Shown here: one piece after another, positions 8,877 through 13,545 of the stretch
Position numbering within the stretch: position 1 is the stretch's first letter
How the letters are laid out: the number at the start of each line of letters is the position of its first letter
Source of the DNA: Octopus sinensis
Lineage: Eukaryota
NCBI RefSeq assembly: GCF_006345805.1
Contig: NW_021826124.1
Coordinates: 1-13,545, forward strand
Direction: 5' to 3'
DNA: 13,545 nucleotides
The notes under the pieces: generated by a model
Seen by the model: the letters and a program-made list of their open reading frames with translations, nothing else
What the model was told of the DNA's origin: nothing
Database searches by the model: none
Position numbers and translations under genes: made by a program

Positions 8877-9145
8877 TTTATTTTTATCACGTGCTTTTAC
8901 TGCACTACCGATCGTAGCTTTGTGTGCCTTGGGTATGTGCTGTGGTTTGCTATGGTGTTCTTATTTTCACTGTATTGAAAGTGTTTTACGTAGTGCTATT
9001 TTCTGTATGTTATATGTAATTGTAAGTCCTGGTGTTTTTGTTGTGTATTTGTCTGAATGTTTTTTATTATACCTAATGCGCCTCTATGATAGAAATTGCT
9101 TCTGTTTTTAGGCACCACATTCGAGTTACATTTATTTCCAGATAC
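8877..9145 (-). mobile_element. 5'-truncated R4/Dong-like element, family C (copy 1)
   Basis: With frameshifts: LEINVTRMWCLKTEAISII(V)GALGIIKKHSDKYTTKTPGLTITYNIQKIA--LRKTLSIQ*. Near-colinear with 9241-9520. Carries a deletion between ctac direct repeats that removes the LLGTAxI codons. Confidence 0.85.
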
Positions 9146-9171
9146 TATTATTATCATTATTATTATTATTA

Positions 9172-9211
<40 letters not shown>

Positions 9212-9231
9212 GATTATTATTATTATTATTA
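9146..9231. repeat. (TTA)n microsatellite with ATC interruptions
   Basis: Direct reading. Confidence 0.95.
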
Positions 9232-9609
9232 AGTAGTCTTATTTTTATAACGTGCTTTCAGTTCACTACTGAGCACAGGTCTGTATGCCTTTGGTATATG
9301 CTGTGGTTTGCTGTGATGCTCTTATGGTTACTGTATTGAAAGTGTTTTATACGTAGGATTTGTGCATGCCTAGTAGTGCTACGTTCTATAATTTACATAT
9401 ATTTGTAAGCCCTGGTGTTTTTGTTATGTATTTGTCTGAATATTTTTTTTATCATATCTAATGCTCCCACTATGATAGGAATTGTTTCTGTTTTTAGACT
9501 CCACATTCCAATTACCTCTATTTCTAGGTCTTTGTATTTTGAAAGTTTCTCCAGAAACGTTGTCATCTGTTGGTATTGATACATCGATTAACAAGTGACA
9601 TTCTTTTTT
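9232..9609 (-). mobile_element. 5'-truncated R4/Dong-like element, family C (copy 2), containing part of the REL endonuclease domain
   Basis: ORF-track pieces join as ECHLLIDVSIPTDDNVS / EKLSKYKDLEIEVIGMWSLKTETIPIIVGALDMIKK, the REL (PD-D/ExK-type) motifs DVxxP and EKxxKY. A ~100-nt 3' UTR runs into the (TAA)n tail. Confidence 0.88.
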
Positions 9610-10695
9610 CCCTTTCAGCCCAGTAGACACGTGTTTGTTTTTGTTACACAATTTTGCAAAATAGATATCTTCTTGGCCAGTTTCTTCATATTCAAAATTT
9701 AACTGTTGTTACAAGCAAATGGGAAACTATTAACTCGCACGGTATTTTCTTTATTTGGCAAGGAAAATACCAGTGTATGTATAGCGTTGCTGTTGTCAAA
9801 CCAGTCGTCAATTACGCTAAGTTTGCTCAAATTTAGACTGTGAAAATTAGAATTTACATGTGTGGAAATGTGTGTTACTATTTTATTCAAACTGTTTCCA
9901 TTAACATCTTTTAGAATTTCTTTTAAGCCTAGATTTTAGCCTATTTTGTGTGTGTTTTGCTGACAAGGTTGTGCTAAATGTTGGCTTAACATACGAAGCC
10001 GTTCAAAAGATGTCTTCTTTTTTTTTTACGCTTTATAAAGAAGTCTGCTAGTATATATATTATATGGATAGATATAAACACTTTCTCTTTATATGCAGTG
10101 TTTTCACGGACAGAAAAAGAAAGATAGGTCGGATTAGTTCTAATCTAGTATTAGAATTGCCTCTGAGTGATAGTAACCTGCTTGAACTGTCCACAGAGAT
10201 ATTACTAATAAATACATCATTACTCTATTACTTGTAACTTAACTAACTTGTATATTAACTGGTACATGTCATACATGATATATGTGCATGTGTATCTGTG
10301 TACGTGTATATACACACACACACTTTGTTCAAATGTAGAAGAAAAAAACAAAAGACAAAGACAGGGTAAGGAACAATAAGCAGGTGTATAAGTTTGACAC
10401 CCGGGAAGAATGGAAAAATCTTTACTAGCAATCTGTAAACATACTTAGAGTGCGCATTTATTGAGGGCCTTCTAAACTGCGATATTTATCTCGAGCAAGA
10501 ACCTCTTACAGACGCATAGTGTTAAAAAACACAAAAAAGTATCAGCAACAGGTGAATGTCGCCTAGCAGCGGCCGTGCGGTTGGCAAATCTAGATTTCTG
10601 CTTATTAGCTTCTTAAAAGCAAATCTCCACACCACTGCAAGCCAAGCGAATTTCGGTTACAGGCTGATATAGTTCAACAGTGATTGTAAGATCAC

Positions 10696-10703
10696 TGACG
10701 TCA
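10696..10703. promoter_or_regulatory. Perfect CRE palindrome TGACGTCA (function unproven)
   Basis: Exact 8-bp match inside a non-repetitive, relatively GC-rich stretch; could be chance. Confidence 0.2.
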
Positions 10704-11180
10704 CATTTAGCTGGCAGGATGAACAAAAATTCATGATTAGCGACGGAGACAGAATTAGTTCAAAATTAACAATCTGTATAGATATTTTACCTGGGTATAA
10801 GGTGAAAGCCTTTCAAACTACAGTGTACGTCATGACAAGTATCTTTTATAGATGTATAGTATGAAAATGAGACTTACACTGGAAACACAATACTAAAAGA
10901 AAACTTTTAATGCTTTCCTTCAACAAATACCAAATATATAAACAAACTTCTTGATCTAATTTAACTGAATTGTTGCCAAACTAGCGATGCCAACTCTGTC
11001 CTTGATCTACTAAACTTACGAATGATAGCTATGGCTCGCTGAAAACTTGACAATACAATTCAATTATATAATTTACATTATATAACTATCATTTCTGTTA
11101 ATGATGTGTCCGCATGTTAATTATTAAATATCTACTAAATATTTTATAAACAATTTCACTTATTTTGTTTTATGCGTACA

Positions 11181-13453
11181 TAAACTTAGATAAACTTAGA
11201 TATGTTTCGACCAATGATTGGTCCAGGCCATGTCTAACTTAATAGCACCACCCGATAGGATTATTTGAATCCTGTTTAAGTCAAGTTTTGTTTATGGTCC
11301 ATTCAAGTAGTGAGTTTTGTTGGGTGAGTTGTATCCAATTATGGGTGGCTTATCTGGTATTCCTTGAAGGAATCTATCCAGACTCCGTTTAAAGTTGATG
11401 GGATCCTGTTCCTCTTTGATCTCTTTCGGGACAATGTTAAATAGGGCAGGGCCTGTTGAGGAAAAGAAATTATGTTGTAGTGTACATGTATGCTGTGATC
11501 TTGAATTGAGCAGGGGGCGTATGGCCCGTGGTCCCAGTCTTGGATGAACCTTGAAGCCAATGTTCAGGTCGTTTGGGCAAAGTTGGCGGTATATTCTCCA
11601 CATCGTACAAATGATGTACCGCTCACGGCGACGCTGGAGAGAGTAGAGTTTCAAGGCTTTAAGGCGATCCCAATAATCGAGAGCAGCCATGCCTTCAATT
11701 CGTTTAGTAAGTGCTCTCTGGGGTGATTCAATCCTCGAGATGTTTTGTCTTGTATGGGGAGACCACAGTGGGCAGCAGTATTCGAGGTGTGGCCGTACAA
11801 AGGAGGAGAAAAGTGGTATGATGACACCTTGTTCTCTGGACCGGAAAGTTCTTAAGATCCAGGAACTCATCCTACGAGCTATATCGACCTTCTTGATGTG
11901 TGCACTCCAACTGAGATCGTCATCAACAATTACACCCAGGTCTCTGATATTGTTAGAGGCTGTGAGCGGTTCCTCTGAAGGAAGAGAGTATGGCTGTTTA
12001 GTGAGGAATTTTTCCAAAATGCATCAGCTCAAATTTCCCTCGTTCAGTTGCATTTTGTTTCTGTCTGCCCATTGACTCACAGCATATAGATCAGACTGGA
12101 GTTGAGTTCGGTCTGCTTCTCATTGACGATTTGCTAGAGCTTGTGACATCAGCAAATATTTTCACTTTGCAGTAATGTACGACACTGGAAAGGTCGTTTA
12201 TGTAGATTATGAAGAGTAGCAGACCCAAGACAGTCCCTGGGGGGACACGCTGGTGACTTTGCTGGGCTTGAGTGGACTCCATCAACTACAACATGGTGTG
12301 TCTATTCGCCAGGAAATACTTGATCCAGTGTAGAATTTTTCCGCGGATTCCAACATTTGCCAATTTTGAGAGTAGGATATTATGGTCTACCCTGTCGAAC
12401 GCTTTACTGAAGTCAAGATATATGACCTGTTCTCAAGGCTTTGAGTACATCTTCAATGTGTTGTAAGAGCTGTGTTAGACAGTCCCTGCCACAGCGAAAG
12501 CCATACTGATTTGCATTTAGGAGTTTGTGGGTCTCCAGGAAGTCAGCTATCCTTGATCTTAACACTCTTTCAAACACTTTGATGATGTGGGAGGTGAGTG
12601 AGATTGGGCGATAGTTGAGTGCGAGGGATCTGTTTCCCTGTTTGAAAACCGGGATGACTGACTGGGATAGAAACTGTTTCGGTATATAACCTGCGTCTAA
12701 CGAATTTCTCCAGATGTTGGTCAGAGGGACTGCAAGTTGGTGTCTACATACCTTCAGGAGACAAGCGGGAAATCTATCAGGGCCTACAGCAGAGTAGTAT
12801 TTGACCTCATTTATTGCTGCTGTGATGTCAGTGGCAGTGAAGGTTATGTCTGAGATTTTAGGTTGAGAGTCAACTTCGTTCGCTTCTCTTGCGTCAATAT
12901 CAGTGGGAACACTAAAGACAGAGCAGTATTGTTTCTGCAGTATTTCTGCCATTTCTTTAGCATCGTGTTGGGGAATGCCGTTATCATCAATCAATGGCCC
13001 AATGGGGTGAGACAGTGGTTCTATGCTTATTTGCATAAGAATAGAACACTTTTGGGTTCTGTTTGGTGTTTTTGATTACCCACTGTTCCTTCACAGCTCT
13101 TTGATTTTCAATGGAGGTTTTCATGTCGTTCTGTAGATGAAGTTTTTTCAGCTCTAGCCTTTTCATTGTTTTTGAATTTGGATGTTGTATGTGGGAATAT
13201 TTTAATTAGTTGATTTTTTTGTTAAGTCTTTTGATGCGCCTGATGAGTGTTTTTTTTCTTTTTAGGGAGCCGGTTTCTGTTTCTGTTAGTAGATTTCGAG
13301 GGAGCGTGTTTAGAGCATGTATAGGTGACAATGTTTTCAAAGTGCTGCCATGTGGTCTCAGATTGGGTGGAATTGAGAGTAAAAGACCAGTCGATGCGAG
13401 ACAGATCCGTTCTGATTGCTCCCCAGTCCGCTTTGTGAAAGTTTATATAGAAA
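11181..13453 (-). mobile_element. Degenerate CR1/L2 (Jockey-group) LINE: linker, RT, C-terminal region and intact 3' end; 5'-truncated or interrupted by microsatellite
   Basis: Pieces include NFHKADW, KQNPKVFYSYA, PVFKQGNRSLALNYRPISLTSHIIKVFE, QYGFRCGRDCLTQLL, VIYLDFSKAFDRVDH, VP(Q)GTVLG.LLFIIYINDL, KIFADV, DLGVIVDDDLSW, RPHLEYCCPLWSP, LYSLQRRRERY, FKRSLDRFL..IPDKP. A 3' hairpin lies at 11209-11223 and the tail (TCTAAGTTTA)2 at 11181-11200. No AP-endonuclease domain is visible in the window. Confidence 0.93.
11292..13036 (-). pseudogene. Frameshifted LINE ORF2 reverse transcriptase (fragments 12413-13036, ~12290-12415, 12091-12285, 11292-12017)
   Basis: At least four frame disruptions. The catalytic FADD is mutated to FADV (gct gat gtc) next to a 1-nt deletion near 12145. 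Confidence 0.9.
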
Positions 13454-13454
13454 T

Positions 13455-13514
13455 GTATATATATGCATATACATACATACATATATATATACATATACAT
13501 ATATATATATATAC

Positions 13515-13545
<31 letters not shown>
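13455..13545. repeat. (AT)n/(ATAC)n microsatellite
   Basis: Direct reading; runs to the window end. Confidence 0.95.

Noticed and set aside
9601-9700. Strong polypyrimidine tract + cag (possible plus-strand splice acceptor at 9618)
   Set aside because: All three frames stop within ~85 nt, no convincing donor follows, and the tract is partly the antisense A-rich REL sequence.
9741-9771. Hairpin ggtattttc...gaaaatacc as a Helitron 3' end or terminator
   Set aside because: AT-rich stem, no CTRR at the expected distance on either strand, and no matching 5' TC end.
10330-10425. Stretch reminiscent (from memory) of an octopus Penelope pLTR fragment
   Set aside because: No internal evidence in the window; the diagnostic hammerhead is absent.
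11200-11235. Minus-strand hairpin followed by GAAAcatatcTA resembling the second half of a hammerhead
   Set aside because: No CUGANGA precedes the stem (atggcctg) and there is no stem I. It is better explained as the LINE 3' stem-loop. The apparent inverted CCAAT boxes here are the same hairpin.

Overview
AT-rich, microsatellite-dense eukaryotic genomic DNA made almost entirely of transposable-element debris. I find no supportable host protein-coding gene, RNA gene or CRISPR array. The SINE families and the (AT)n/(ATAC)n/(TTA)n density look like an octopus (coleoid cephalopod) genome; this assignment is from recognition, not a search. Contents: (i) about eight tRNA-derived SINE copies, five packed into 1.1-2.2 kb; (ii) a 757-bp inverted structure (2884-3640) built from a circularly permuted ~350-bp non-coding monomer, each arm carrying a degenerate type I hammerhead-ribozyme-like motif, i.e. 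a candidate retrozyme or Penelope-derived element and the most interesting signal here; (iii) a nest (7532-9609) of four 5'-truncated R4/Dong-like REL-endonuclease retrotransposon ends plus one non-coding repeat, all on the minus strand and strung on (TAA)n tracts; (iv) a dead, frameshifted CR1/L2-group LINE RT (11181-13453, minus) with an intact 3' stem-loop and tail. Most ORFs in the supplied track are microsatellite artefacts. Identities and alignments were judged by eye.
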